A DNA stretch of 53,432 bases from a virus (lineage: Duplodnaviria > Caudoviricetes), in the IMG/VR virus record IMGVR_UViG_3300002988_000051, positions 1 through 53,432 of that record. One strand, 5' to 3'. Below are positions 1 through 8,776 of this stretch, piece by piece (within the stretch, counting starts at the first letter, position 1; the number at the start of each line of letters is the position of its first letter). The notes below the pieces were generated by a model, which searched no databases, had not been told where the DNA came from, and saw nothing but the letters and a program-made list of their open reading frames with translations. A program made the translations under genes and the position numbers.

Positions 1-1116
1 TCAACGCGATCTCGATAGGGCATCGGCGGCGCTCCTCAAGTGGTCGGGGGATAGGTGGGAATAGAGCTCGCTCGTCTGGGCGTAAGTGTGGCCGAGCCAT
101 TCGGCGATGCGGAACATGTCGACTCCCGCTTGGGCGAGCCATGATCCGCACGTATGGCGTAGGGTGTGCGGAGTCACGTCGGAAAGACGCGCCCGGCGGC
201 ATGCGTTCGCGAAGCCCTTCTTGATGTCCCCAACCGGGGCCAACCCAGCGGCGCGGATTCTGTTCGCTTGCTCTTCCGTCAACTCGATAACCCACGGCGT
301 TTTTGCCGTCGACTTGGCTGCTTTCATCGCGTCGAGCAACGGATCGGCGATCGGGATCGTCGCCTTTCCCTTCGTCGTTTTCCGTTCTCCAGGCGCTCGT
401 AGGTAGATCAGTTTGCTCGCGAAATCGACCTGAACCCAACGCAGCGACAGAACGGCTTGCTTCCGCGCGCCCGTGTAAAGCGCGACGATCACGAACAGGC
501 GAAGGTAGGGTTCTCGGCACTCCGCGATCAGCGCGTCGGCCTCATCGCGCGTCAACCAGCGTTCACGTTTTGCCGGAGATCCAGGAAGTTTGATCACAGG
601 CGAATGCGTCAGATAGCCGTTCTCGACGCTCCACCTCAATGCGGCGCGCAATGTGGCAAGTTCGAGTCGGATCGTCGTGTCGGTCAGAACAGAATAAACC
701 GCCGGGGCGTCTTTCGTGGCGGGACTGATCGTCCGCGTTCCACGCCCTGTGTCGCGCCGCCATTTCACGTAGGCGTTCAGCGTTTCAGGGGTGATATCGG
801 AAACGAGGCGACTTCCGAAAAAATCCAACAAGAACACGGCGGCTTGGGCCGAACGTCCGCCGCTTTTCAGGTTGGCGGCGTGGTGCTCAAGCCACGTCGC
901 CAAGGCTACCGAGACGGGAAGGGAATCAGGGGATTGGAGGCGTCCGGTTCCATTCTCCTTTTGCCGTTCGCCGAGCCAGCGCGCGAAGAATGCTTCAGCA
1001 TCATCGCGATCTCGCGTGCCCGCGCTAACCCGGCAGTCGCGGCTTCCGTCGTGGTGGACGATGTACCAGACGCCGCCGCGTTGCGAGAGGCGAGGGGGCT
1101 TTCTTGGGCGTGGCAT
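1..1116 (-). CDS. int: Tyrosine recombinase / phage integrase
   Basis: Catalytic motifs YTGARK (R), HTLRH (HxxR), LGH and terminal Y (TSELYSH); N-terminal arm-binding-like segment. Confidence 0.95.
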   Translation of the reverse strand: MPRPRKPPRLSQRGGVWYIVHHDGSRDCRVSAGTRDRDDAEAFFARWLGERQKENGTGRLQSPDSLPVSVALATWLEHHAANLKSGGRSAQAAVFLLDFFGSRLVSDITPETLNAYVKWRRDTGRGTRTISPATKDAPAVYSVLTDTTIRLELATLRAALRWSVENGYLTHSPVIKLPGSPAKRERWLTRDEADALIAECREPYLRLFVIVALYTGARKQAVLSLRWVQVDFASKLIYLRAPGERKTTKGKATIPIADPLLDAMKAAKSTAKTPWVIELTEEQANRIRAAGLAPVGDIKKGFANACRRARLSDVTPHTLRHTCGSWLAQAGVDMFRIAEWLGHTYAQTSELYSHLSPDHLRSAADALSRSR

Positions 1117-1328
1117 CGCTCAACCTTCGACCGTCGGATCCACTCTTCCACGTCCCCAATATCGTAAGCCCACCGGCTCCCTACGCCGCGGTATCCGGCG
1201 AGTAACCCCTTTTCGCGGGCAGTCCTTACGGATCTGGCCGTCACCAGCTTTCCGGTCGGGTCGATCAGCAAAGCGACATCCTCCGCAGTGTAAAGGCGGA
1301 GGCAAACTCCAGCAACCTCTTCGCTCAT
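906..1328 (-). CDS. Excisionase-like HTH protein with C-terminal extension overlapping int
   Basis: ATG at 1328 couples (ATGA) to the upstream stop. LYTAEDVA...SVRTAREKGLLAGYRGVGSRWAYDIGDVEEWI resembles MerR-like/Xis winged HTH; lies directly upstream of int. Confidence 0.7.
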   Translation of the reverse strand: MSEEVAGVCLRLYTAEDVALLIDPTGKLVTARSVRTAREKGLLAGYRGVGSRWAYDIGDVEEWIRRSKVERCHAQESPLASRNAAASGTSSTTTEAATAGLARAREIAMMLKHSSRAGSANGKRRMEPDASNPLIPFPSR

Positions 1329-2095
1329 GCCGCCACCTCCGCGCCCAAGCGGGCGAGAACGTCGACCACGTTGGCGTGTTCGGGCCGGAACGCGATGCGG
1401 ATCACCCACGGGTTATCCTCCCACCGGAAGCCGGGCTTCGGCTTGGTGGAGTCCCAAAGGGTGGCGAAGGCGTCGACCGGATCGGTGAACCACTGATCCG
1501 GCTGTCCGAACCAGTCCGACGAGACGCCTGAGAAATAAAAATTCCCGTCCTCGTTGAAGACCGATAATCCCTCACGGATCGCATCCTCCTCGGTGATATC
1601 TCCCAAGCGCTCGACCGTCACCTCCGTGACGTGCAGGGTGAGGCGGGATGTCCAACGTGGCATGTGGATGCTGGGGCGTAGAACTGGATCATCAGGACCA
1701 TCACCGGAATACCGGTCTGACCATTCCTCCGCGAGATCGTAACTCGGGGCGGGGATCAGAGCCTCGGCCTTGTCCGCGTCATAAATCACCGACACTTTTG
1801 GGATGTCATCAATCGCGTCCGGGTCGTGGTAGTACCCGGGCGCCCACGTCTCGCGGACATAGATCAGGTCGCCGGGAGCGTAGACCAGAAGGTCGCGGTT
1901 GCCGGGCAACTTCAGGAAATCCGCCCCGAATACCGCCAGAGCGTCACGCGCCGCTTGCTTCGTGATCAGCCGCCGCGTGACCGTCTTCCCGGCCCCCGGC
2001 TCGGCGATCTCGCGCAGGGTCGCGCGGACCATTGGCGGGTTAAGCAGCATGGGGTGGACTTTGCCCGTGAAGGGGGTGGGGATGGCGTCAAGCAT
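1325..2095 (-). CDS. ASCH/PUA-like phage protein
   Basis: PMLLNPPMVRA...GAGKTVTRR, PGDLIYVRETW, RPSIHMPRWTSRLTL, ERLGDITEEDAIREG and WEDNPWV match a common prophage ASCH-like family. Confidence 0.75.
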   Translation of the reverse strand: MLDAIPTPFTGKVHPMLLNPPMVRATLREIAEPGAGKTVTRRLITKQAARDALAVFGADFLKLPGNRDLLVYAPGDLIYVRETWAPGYYHDPDAIDDIPKVSVIYDADKAEALIPAPSYDLAEEWSDRYSGDGPDDPVLRPSIHMPRWTSRLTLHVTEVTVERLGDITEEDAIREGLSVFNEDGNFYFSGVSSDWFGQPDQWFTDPVDAFATLWDSTKPKPGFRWEDNPWVIRIAFRPEHANVVDVLARLGAEVAA

Positions 2096-2456
2096 TGGCG
2101 ATCTCCATCAAAACAGCCGCATGACAGGGCTGGTCGAGCGGGCACCAACACGCGAGGTTCTTGCCTCGAAGCTCCGCGCGAACGTCGGCCTCCGTGAACG
2201 GCAACCTCCCGGTCGCAAGCCGTTCCGAAAATCGTTCAACGGCGGTCGCCGCGTCGATGATTCCATCCGTTCGCAAGTCTCGGGTTCCGATCTCGATCGG
2301 GTTCCCAAACCGGCTTCCGCGCCCGACGTAAACGGTGTTCGGCGGCATGCGCCAACCCTTGACACGGCGGCGCTGAACGCGGACGGGGAGAGTGGTTGTC
2401 TTGTGGTCGACGACGATCGGCGTCCAAGCGCCGTAGGCGTTGGGTAGGTCAGACAT
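2088..2456 (-). CDS. DUF4326 domain protein
   Basis: PVRVQRRRVKGWRMPPNTVYVGRGSRFGNP...LRGKNLACWCPLDQPCHA signature; start re-assigned to ATG 2456, which overlaps the upstream stop. Confidence 0.85.
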   Translation of the reverse strand: MSDLPNAYGAWTPIVVDHKTTTLPVRVQRRRVKGWRMPPNTVYVGRGSRFGNPIEIGTRDLRTDGIIDAATAVERFSERLATGRLPFTEADVRAELRGKNLACWCPLDQPCHAAVLMEIANA

Positions 2457-2760
2457 CCGGCACCTCCCGGTGTTGACGCCCGTCGAGCCGATCTCCCGTC
2501 TCCTCCTCTTGACGCTCCCAGAACTGGCAAGCCGCCGCTGTCGGCTTGACGGCGGACGACGGACCGAAATTGTCGTGGTGGGCCATATCGCAGGAAACGC
2601 GGCGCGGCGCTCCGTATGCCGCCATGCGGATGATGATGTTCCGACATGTCCCGCATGTCTCTCCGACGGGGCCGGCTCCGACACGCCCGGCATAGCCCTT
2701 GGCGAGGTCGCGACGACTTTTGACCGTGGCGCCAAAGAGATCACCCATGGTGATTTCCAT
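2449..2760 (-). CDS. Small Cys-rich phage protein
   Basis: GYAGRVGAGPVGETCGTC...C...AACQFWE; GGAG RBS before ATG 2760 (alternative start 2748). Confidence 0.65.
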   Translation of the reverse strand: MEITMGDLFGATVKSRRDLAKGYAGRVGAGPVGETCGTCRNIIIRMAAYGAPRRVSCDMAHHDNFGPSSAVKPTAAACQFWERQEEETGDRLDGRQHREVPDV

Positions 2761-2905
2761 TCCGAAGCTCCAACGCCAACTCTTGCAACGCGATTGCCGC
2801 CGCCATATCAATGATTTTCTCGAATGCGTTGTCCCTTGCTCGCGAAGTCGCGAGCAGCTTATTGGCCGCGCGGATCGCCGCCCGTTCGACGGCGTTGTCA
2901 CTCAT
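2741..2905 (-). CDS. 54-aa hypothetical protein (not in ORF track)
   Basis: Hand translation MSDNAVERAAIRAANKLLATSRARDNAFEKIIDMAAAIALQELALELRNGNHHG; GGAGG RBS; fills the gap with short overlaps at both ends. Confidence 0.6.
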   Translation of the reverse strand: MSDNAVERAAIRAANKLLATSRARDNAFEKIIDMAAAIALQELALELRNGNHHG

Positions 2906-3461
2906 TCCCGCCTCCCTGTTCCGAGAGGGGAAGAATTTGACCAGATCTCCGACGGACCATGAGGAGGAAAGGGAGAACCATCGCCGTCATCCCCATTTTC
3001 CCGACAATCTGCCCGGACATCATGTCTACGGACCCGAATGCCAATAAAAGGAAGACCGCGCTATCAATCACTGATCCGACCAAGTTGGATACCACCACAG
3101 CGGGGATTAGTCGGCGTCGTTGAAGCGGCGTGTAGACCAGAAGGTCGGCCATCTCTCCCAGCAAGAACGCCGCGACCGATGCCCCGACTTGGGACGGCGG
3201 GGAATAGAGACCGGACAGCGCCCCGCCGATCAAGATTGCCGCGACTGTCCATCGCTCGCCCAGTGCGTGCTGGACAAAATCGCGCAAGAGCAAGGCCGAT
3301 CCCACCATTAGGACCCCGGACGGTGCCATAAACCCAAAACCGACCGGGATTAGACACGGACCGTCCGGGACGCAAATGGTCCCTACATTCCCGATCATCC
3401 AATTAGCCGCCGGGATGGTAAGCGCGAAAGCAGTTAGAGCCGCGACTCCGATGGTGTTCAT
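2898..3461 (-). CDS. VUT family (YhhQ-like) queuosine-precursor transporter
   Basis: Multi-pass membrane protein with AANW, G...LLRDFVQ..LG, ASVAAFLLGEMADLLVYTPL, SNLVGSVIDSAVFLLLAFG and GQIVGK motifs. Confidence 0.85.
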   Translation of the reverse strand: MNTIGVAALTAFALTIPAANWMIGNVGTICVPDGPCLIPVGFGFMAPSGVLMVGSALLLRDFVQHALGERWTVAAILIGGALSGLYSPPSQVGASVAAFLLGEMADLLVYTPLQRRRLIPAVVVSNLVGSVIDSAVFLLLAFGSVDMMSGQIVGKMGMTAMVLPFLLMVRRRSGQILPLSEQGGGNE

Positions 3462-4147
3462 GCCGCGTCCTCAAACAAAGGGGCCTGCGTCCCTCGAAGT
3501 TTCCACAAAAGCGGACATTGCACCGCGTCAATAACGCGAGCCATGTATTCGGGGTGGTCGTCGCCGTTCTTGAAGTTTCGCGCGACGTTGACGGAATCAG
3601 CTGAAGCGAAGGGCCACCGCTTCCCAGATAGGGCGAGACCTCGCAGCACGTGAACCCACGGCAATGTCTTGTGGCGCTTGGCGATGGCGTTGAACGCCTC
3701 GTCGGCCCTGCGTTCCCATGATTCACTTCCGACTTGCCAGTAAGTGCCGGAACTGCCGAAGCACACGCGCGGCCATTGGTCGGCGAGGTCAAGCAGATAA
3801 TCCACCGGCAATCCCATGTGCCAGACCGGCGCTCCTAACGCGCGATCGAACGGCCATGCCGCGACAAGAGCGCGCTGTTGCTCCACGTCGCCGTCGATGA
3901 TGTCGGGGATAACCGCCCAATTCGGGTGTCCAAGGCGCGGCTCGATCCAGCGGTAATAGGCAGACCAATTCACCGTTCGCTCCTTTGTGTACGCCGTGAA
4001 TGCACCGGAATCCCACATGACCGACTGCCCGATTCTCAAGCATGTATCGGCATCTCCGGGGTTGGCGAAGGACACACAAAAGCATTTGCCCGCCATGGTC
4101 AGAAGCGCATCGCGCGGAGTCAATGGAGTGCCGTGGTAGTGAATCAT
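3458..4147 (-). CDS. DpdA-like TGT-fold 7-deazaguanine DNA transglycosylase
   Basis: Ordered TGT/DpdA motifs WDSGAFT, VIPDIIDG, APVWH, CFGSSG, WVHVLRG and SADS; ATGA-coupled to the VUT gene; start ATG 4147 (MIHYHGTP). Confidence 0.75.
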   Translation of the reverse strand: MIHYHGTPLTPRDALLTMAGKCFCVSFANPGDADTCLRIGQSVMWDSGAFTAYTKERTVNWSAYYRWIEPRLGHPNWAVIPDIIDGDVEQQRALVAAWPFDRALGAPVWHMGLPVDYLLDLADQWPRVCFGSSGTYWQVGSESWERRADEAFNAIAKRHKTLPWVHVLRGLALSGKRWPFASADSVNVARNFKNGDDHPEYMARVIDAVQCPLLWKLRGTQAPLFEDAA

Positions 4148-4302
4148 TCTCGCCCTCCCCGTTCCGGGAGGGGAAGGGAGCGGATCGCGGCGGCGTAACT
4201 CATGCCACACGTGTTCCCGTGTTCGTGACGCCTGACGAGGCGCCCGGGCAAGATCGTCTCGACGTTCTCCGCGAGATCGAGGAGTTCAGTCTTGTTCATC
4301 AT
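4144..4302 (-). CDS. 52-aa hypothetical protein
   Basis: MMNKTELLDLAENVETIL...; stop overlaps the dpdA-like ATG. Confidence 0.5.
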   Translation of the reverse strand: MMNKTELLDLAENVETILPGRLVRRHEHGNTCGMSYAAAIRSLPLPERGGRE

Positions 4303-4543
4303 CGTAAACCTCGAATTCCTGCGCTTGGAGTCCGACAAGAGCGTCACGAGCGGCATCGTCGAATGAGTCTCCCCATCCTTCAACTTGATCGTCGTCGCTC
4401 GTGACGATCGTCACGCAAAAGTGCGCGCGTGGAGGGGCAAAACCACACGCGTCCTCCTCCGCGCCATTCTCAAGCGACTGGTAGTACTGTAGGTTCCAGC
4501 AGTATCCAGTCGCGATGAGTTCGTTCATGACTTCAGTGTCCAT
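4286..4543 (-). CDS. 85-aa acidic hypothetical protein
   Basis: GGAGG RBS; protein-like composition; part of the coupled operon chain. Confidence 0.6.
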   Translation of the reverse strand: MDTEVMNELIATGYCWNLQYYQSLENGAEEDACGFAPPRAHFCVTIVTSDDDQVEGWGDSFDDAARDALVGLQAQEFEVYDDEQD

Positions 4544-5473
4544 CGCTTACCTCCCCGGCGGGAGGGGGCGGGAGAGGAGCGTTCGGCAAGCGTGTCCAGT
4601 GCGTGTGATATCCGGGCCAGCCGCCGACGTTTCCACGCGCCACAACCCCTGAATGGGTGTGAACCTCAACAACGTGCCCCAGGCATAGAGGCGTGCCCAC
4701 CCACGGGGCTTCCGTGAGGGGAAACGTCCACCACAGCACATTGCCGTCGGCTTCCGTCCACCGCTCAAGCGTGAACATGTCGCCGCTCTTGGCCTCCGGA
4801 GCCGGGACGCCGATCCGCTCGAACCGTCCATCGGCGAACTCGTCCGCTGGGCGCGCCCACAGCGACCCGTCCTCACCGCGGTAAATGACGAGCGTCGCCC
4901 CTCGCGGACAGGTCCGGCGGACGATTGCAACTCGGCCTTGGCGAGCACGGTGTAAGTCGTCCCGCGCTTGACGTGGAGAACGCGGAATGGAAGTTCTTCG
5001 TCTGAAGAGAAGACAACCGGCGTCGGCCAGCCATCCTTGGCCTCCGGGAGCGTGGATCGAACGGCCCCGACCAACACATCTTTCGCGGCCTGGATGTGGT
5101 CCCCGGCCCCCACCGCCATTCCCGGAACGTCACAGTTCGGGTCGGTGTGCCACTTGACGATGTACTGGACGCGAAAGATCGCGTTGTTCAGTTTGCCCAT
5201 CGCCAAATATGCGGCATCTCTCAGCGCCTTGATGCGCCGATTGTGCTCGGCCAAGCTTTCGTTCAAGCCGCCGATTAGGGCATCGCGCCCATTGAGGGAT
5301 TCGACGCACAAATCGCGCTCCGCCTCCAAATCCGCGACGCGGGCGTGAAGGCGCCGGATCACGTTGGCGGCGACCTCCAGATCTCCTCGCCCGACGCAGA
5401 ACTGCGGTCGGCTCGAAACGTCGATCCCCGCGAGCGCGGCGGACACCTCGTCGGGAGTGGGGATGTCATTCAT
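4533..5473 (-). pseudogene. Multi-domain phage protein (coiled coil + DUF1653-like + W-rich domain) broken by a 1-nt frameshift
   Basis: HVKRGTTYTVLAKAELQSSAGPVREG continues as ATLVIYRGEDGSLWARPADEFADGRFE only if one G is added to the G4 run at 4898-4901. That frame then joins ORF 4533..4778. Confidence 0.7.
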
Positions 5474-5649
5474 CGCGCATCCTCTCCGGCGGGAAACCGA
5501 TCGCCGAGCCAAGCGGCGGCGAGTTCGTCGATTAGGTTGAAGTCGTCCTCGACCTCCTCGGTCGAGCGGCGGGTGAGGAGCGAGACGCGCTCCTGTTCCC
5601 GGAAGGCCCGCCGACGGCTGACGGGCTTGGCGTTCGAGCGGTGGGCCAT
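5470..5649 (-). CDS. 59-aa hypothetical protein
   Basis: ATG 5649 directly after the ATPase stop; its stop overlaps the next ATG (ATGA). Confidence 0.55.
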   Translation of the reverse strand: MAHRSNAKPVSRRRAFREQERVSLLTRRSTEEVEDDFNLIDELAAAWLGDRFPAGEDAR

Positions 5650-5650
5650 C

Positions 5651-7384
5651 TCAAGCCGCCTTCGGCGTTTTGAACGCCGCGACGGCATCGACGATCGGAG
5701 ACGTGACGCCCGCCTCGACCCAGTAGACGCGGCCCTTCCCGGCCTTCGCGAGGTCGGGGGGGAGATCGGGAGCCGAGTAGGTCATCGTGACCAGGGCCGC
5801 GATTCCCACGTCATGCAGCATGAGGATCAACCCCGACCGGCCACGCGCGTCCAACACGTCGGCGGCGTCGATGACGACCAGCGGATCACCCTGGAGGCGC
5901 GCGACGGCGACTTGCAGGATCACCCGCGCCTTGAATTGGTCGGACGCGATTTGCGGGCCGTGCCCGGCGAGCGCGGCGTAGGGGCGACCGCCGAAGGTGA
6001 CGGACATGTCCGGCTCGATCCGAACGTGATCCCATTGCGCCGGCGCGCAAAGCTCGGCGAGCGGACCGTCGTTGAAGGCGGTCAACACCTTTTCCAGGCG
6101 CGACTGGCGCAACCCGGTCGGTTCGACGATCGCGCGGACCCGCGCGTTGAGGTCGAGCAGTCGAACGCACTCGTCCGCCTTCGCCTTGGCCTCCACCGCC
6201 TTCAATCGCCTCTCGGCTTCCGCCACGGCGGCGCGCGCGACGTCCACGGCATCGGCGGTTCCGGCGCCGCGATCTTCCCCGATCTCCGCCAGCTTCCGGG
6301 CGGCGGCTTCCGCCTCGGTCAACGCGGCGCGCGCGGTCGACTCTTGAGCGACGAGCGCCGACAACTCACCCTTGGCCTTCGAGAGTTTGCCGTCGGCGGA
6401 GGCGATGTTCATACGGCGCGCACGCAACTCCTCCTCGCCGATCCGATCGGCCTCGACGAGGCGCTTGTCGGAGCCGAGATTGTGAGCGAGGCGGAGCATC
6501 GAGCCGCAGCATGGGCACGTCAGACCGTCGGCCTGTTCGGCGGGCGGCAGCGCCTCGCGCGCCATCTCCGCGGCGTCGTGCGCCGTCTCCGCGTCGGCAC
6601 GCGCCCGGACTAGTTTCTCCAGCGCGTCGCGCCGCAAGTCCATCGCGTCGGCCAAGGCCTTGAGCCGGGTCACTTCGCCCGCATCGGCGCCCTGGACGCG
6701 GAGCGCGTCGTCAAGCGCCCCCCGGGCCGACTTCACCGCCGCCCTCAGAGCTTCGACGGTCGCGGCGGCGAGATTCGGCGTCCAGCCCGCCGGGAGCCAA
6801 TTCGCGGCCTTCTCGGATCCGTAGTTTTTCTCCCCGGTCGCGTCCGCCCATTTGTATTTGAGCGTCCGGCCTTTATCCTCCAGATCTTTCAGCTTGCCGT
6901 CCCACCCCAGCGCCTCGATCCCTTCCCACACCTTGGCCGCGATGTCGTCGGTGATTCCCCCGTCGGCGCAAGCTCCCATGAAGTCGTCGCGCGTCGGCGT
7001 GGTGTGCAGCAGGTCGGCCAGCAGCTTTGACCGCTCCTTCGCGTCCATGTCGATGACGGACTCGATCCCGGCGGCGATCGGGTGGACGGACGGCGCGGCG
7101 CCCTCGGACGCGGCCTTGCAGTCCGGCCACGTCGCGCGGGCGGTCCCGTTGGGAGTGGAGACGACGGCGGTCGCGGTCTTGCGGCCCGAGCGAACGAGAC
7201 GCCCGGCGTCCTTTTTCGCGAGGCGCCCCGGCTGCAAAAGGCCGGTCAAGACGCACGCCGTCACTTTCGCGATCGACGACTTGCCCTGGGCGTTCCGTCC
7301 GGCGATCAGGGTGATTCCCTCGCCCGCCTCGATGTCGGCGACCTCCACCACCTGGAAGTCGCGAATGGCGATCTTCATCGTCAT
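5651..7384 (-). CDS. SMC/Rad50-like ABC ATPase with zinc hook
   Basis: Walker A GRNAQGKS, long Ala-rich coiled coils, central CPCC, C-terminal Walker B/D-loop LVVIDAADVLD. Confidence 0.85.
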   Translation of the reverse strand: MTMKIAIRDFQVVEVADIEAGEGITLIAGRNAQGKSSIAKVTACVLTGLLQPGRLAKKDAGRLVRSGRKTATAVVSTPNGTARATWPDCKAASEGAAPSVHPIAAGIESVIDMDAKERSKLLADLLHTTPTRDDFMGACADGGITDDIAAKVWEGIEALGWDGKLKDLEDKGRTLKYKWADATGEKNYGSEKAANWLPAGWTPNLAAATVEALRAAVKSARGALDDALRVQGADAGEVTRLKALADAMDLRRDALEKLVRARADAETAHDAAEMAREALPPAEQADGLTCPCCGSMLRLAHNLGSDKRLVEADRIGEEELRARRMNIASADGKLSKAKGELSALVAQESTARAALTEAEAAARKLAEIGEDRGAGTADAVDVARAAVAEAERRLKAVEAKAKADECVRLLDLNARVRAIVEPTGLRQSRLEKVLTAFNDGPLAELCAPAQWDHVRIEPDMSVTFGGRPYAALAGHGPQIASDQFKARVILQVAVARLQGDPLVVIDAADVLDARGRSGLILMLHDVGIAALVTMTYSAPDLPPDLAKAGKGRVYWVEAGVTSPIVDAVAAFKTPKAA

Positions 7385-7403
7385 GATGATGTTTCCCTTC
7401 CGA

Positions 7404-8429
7404 TCAGGTGTTGCCGAACAGTTGATCGTCGTCCCCGGCCTGGGGCGCGGGGGCGGGCTTGGTCGCCGCGACCGGCGCGGGCTTGACGCCGTCGTTCTCG
7501 AACACCTCGCCCGTCTCCGGATCGTGATCGAGACGCGCGGCCTCGTTCATGACGGCGTCGGAATCGGCGGGAGTGTCCCCGTCGTCCGTCAAAACCGTGA
7601 AGTCGCCATCAAGCACGGTATCGAGGCCCTGCGGCTTGCCGGATCCCGACCGATCGTCGAGCGCCGCCGCGTTGGCGAGTTCGATGGACATCGGGAGATA
7701 TTTCGTCAGGCGGCGGATGACGGTCTTCTTCGCCATTTCCTCCCAGTGAGTGATCCAGGGGGTGTCTTTCTTGTCGAAGCGAAGAGCGGTTTTGTATCCT
7801 TGAGATTCGTCCCGAACCCGATTTATTTCCGGCGTCGACATGAACTCGAATTGCACGCCGCCGCCGACGAGCTTGGCGACGGCGTAGACGCCGGTCACCG
7901 GTCCTCGATCGCCGTCCAGATACGGCTTGTGCGTGATGGAATCGGTGGTGCCGTAATCGATGTCGAAGTCGTCGCGTTTGTGGACGACGCGGGCCGACAG
8001 GCTGACGATTTGACCGGAACGCCGAGCGAGATCGATCAGGCCCTTGTAGCCGACGACGATCTGAACCTCGGTCGTGCCCTTCCTCTTGTTGCCGAAGGGG
8101 ATGAGGTAGATATGCCCCTGCGGTGTGTTCGGCTCCAGTCCGAGCTGGGCGCACACGACGACGGCGCCGAACAGGCTGTTGAGCGTGCACTCCATCAGTT
8201 TCGGCGTGGTGCGAAGCGCACCGAGCGTGATCTTGAGCATGCGATCCGGCGACATTTTCTCCGGCAAAAGCGCCTTCAACGTCGGTTTGTTCGCCTCGAA
8301 GAAGTCGGCGACGGTCGTTCCGCCGGCCTCCTTGGCGACCAAGTGTCCGGTCTTGCGGATTTCGGCGAGCGAGCGGGCGGCGGCGAGGGGCGGAGGGGTG
8401 GCCCCCTTGGGAGCGGCGGCGGTGGTCAT
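7404..8429 (-). CDS. recT: RecT single-strand annealing recombinase
   Basis: LLPEKMSPDRMLKI, CAQLGLEPN..GHIYLIPF, IVGYKGLIDLARRSG and PWITHWEEMAKKTVIRRL.KYLPMS motifs. Confidence 0.93.
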   Translation of the reverse strand: MTTAAAPKGATPPPLAAARSLAEIRKTGHLVAKEAGGTTVADFFEANKPTLKALLPEKMSPDRMLKITLGALRTTPKLMECTLNSLFGAVVVCAQLGLEPNTPQGHIYLIPFGNKRKGTTEVQIVVGYKGLIDLARRSGQIVSLSARVVHKRDDFDIDYGTTDSITHKPYLDGDRGPVTGVYAVAKLVGGGVQFEFMSTPEINRVRDESQGYKTALRFDKKDTPWITHWEEMAKKTVIRRLTKYLPMSIELANAAALDDRSGSGKPQGLDTVLDGDFTVLTDDGDTPADSDAVMNEAARLDHDPETGEVFENDGVKPAPVAATKPAPAPQAGDDDQLFGNT

Positions 8430-8776
8430 GATGGGCAATCCTCAGAATCGTTGGAAGTCTTGGCGGCGGACGCGCGCGCTTCGCGGAACAGCGTCCGGCA
8501 GATCGCGGCGGTGAGTAATTCGAGCGACGTTGGATGGAACAGACACAGGGGGCGCCGCTTCGGGGTCCGTCCCTGAAGGTGATGCCGAGCCTCTTTCGAG
8601 CGATCACTGCCCTTCCAGAGCACGTTCCGACCGCCTCCTCGCCACGAATGCCGTTCGGAAAGCGACAGGAACTCCGGTACCGCGATCCCGATCCGCCGCA
8701 GTTGTCCGCGCCGAAGGTGGAACCTGACCGTGACGTAACGGGAGAACGGGCTGGATCGTCGGCGGGGCAACATCAC
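8426..8776 (-). CDS. Basic hypothetical protein
   Basis: GTGA/ATGA overlaps with both neighbours; no recognisable motif. Confidence 0.45.
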   Translation of the reverse strand: MMLPRRRSSPFSRYVTVRFHLRRGQLRRIGIAVPEFLSLSERHSWRGGGRNVLWKGSDRSKEARHHLQGRTPKRRPLCLFHPTSLELLTAAICRTLFREARASAAKTSNDSEDCPS

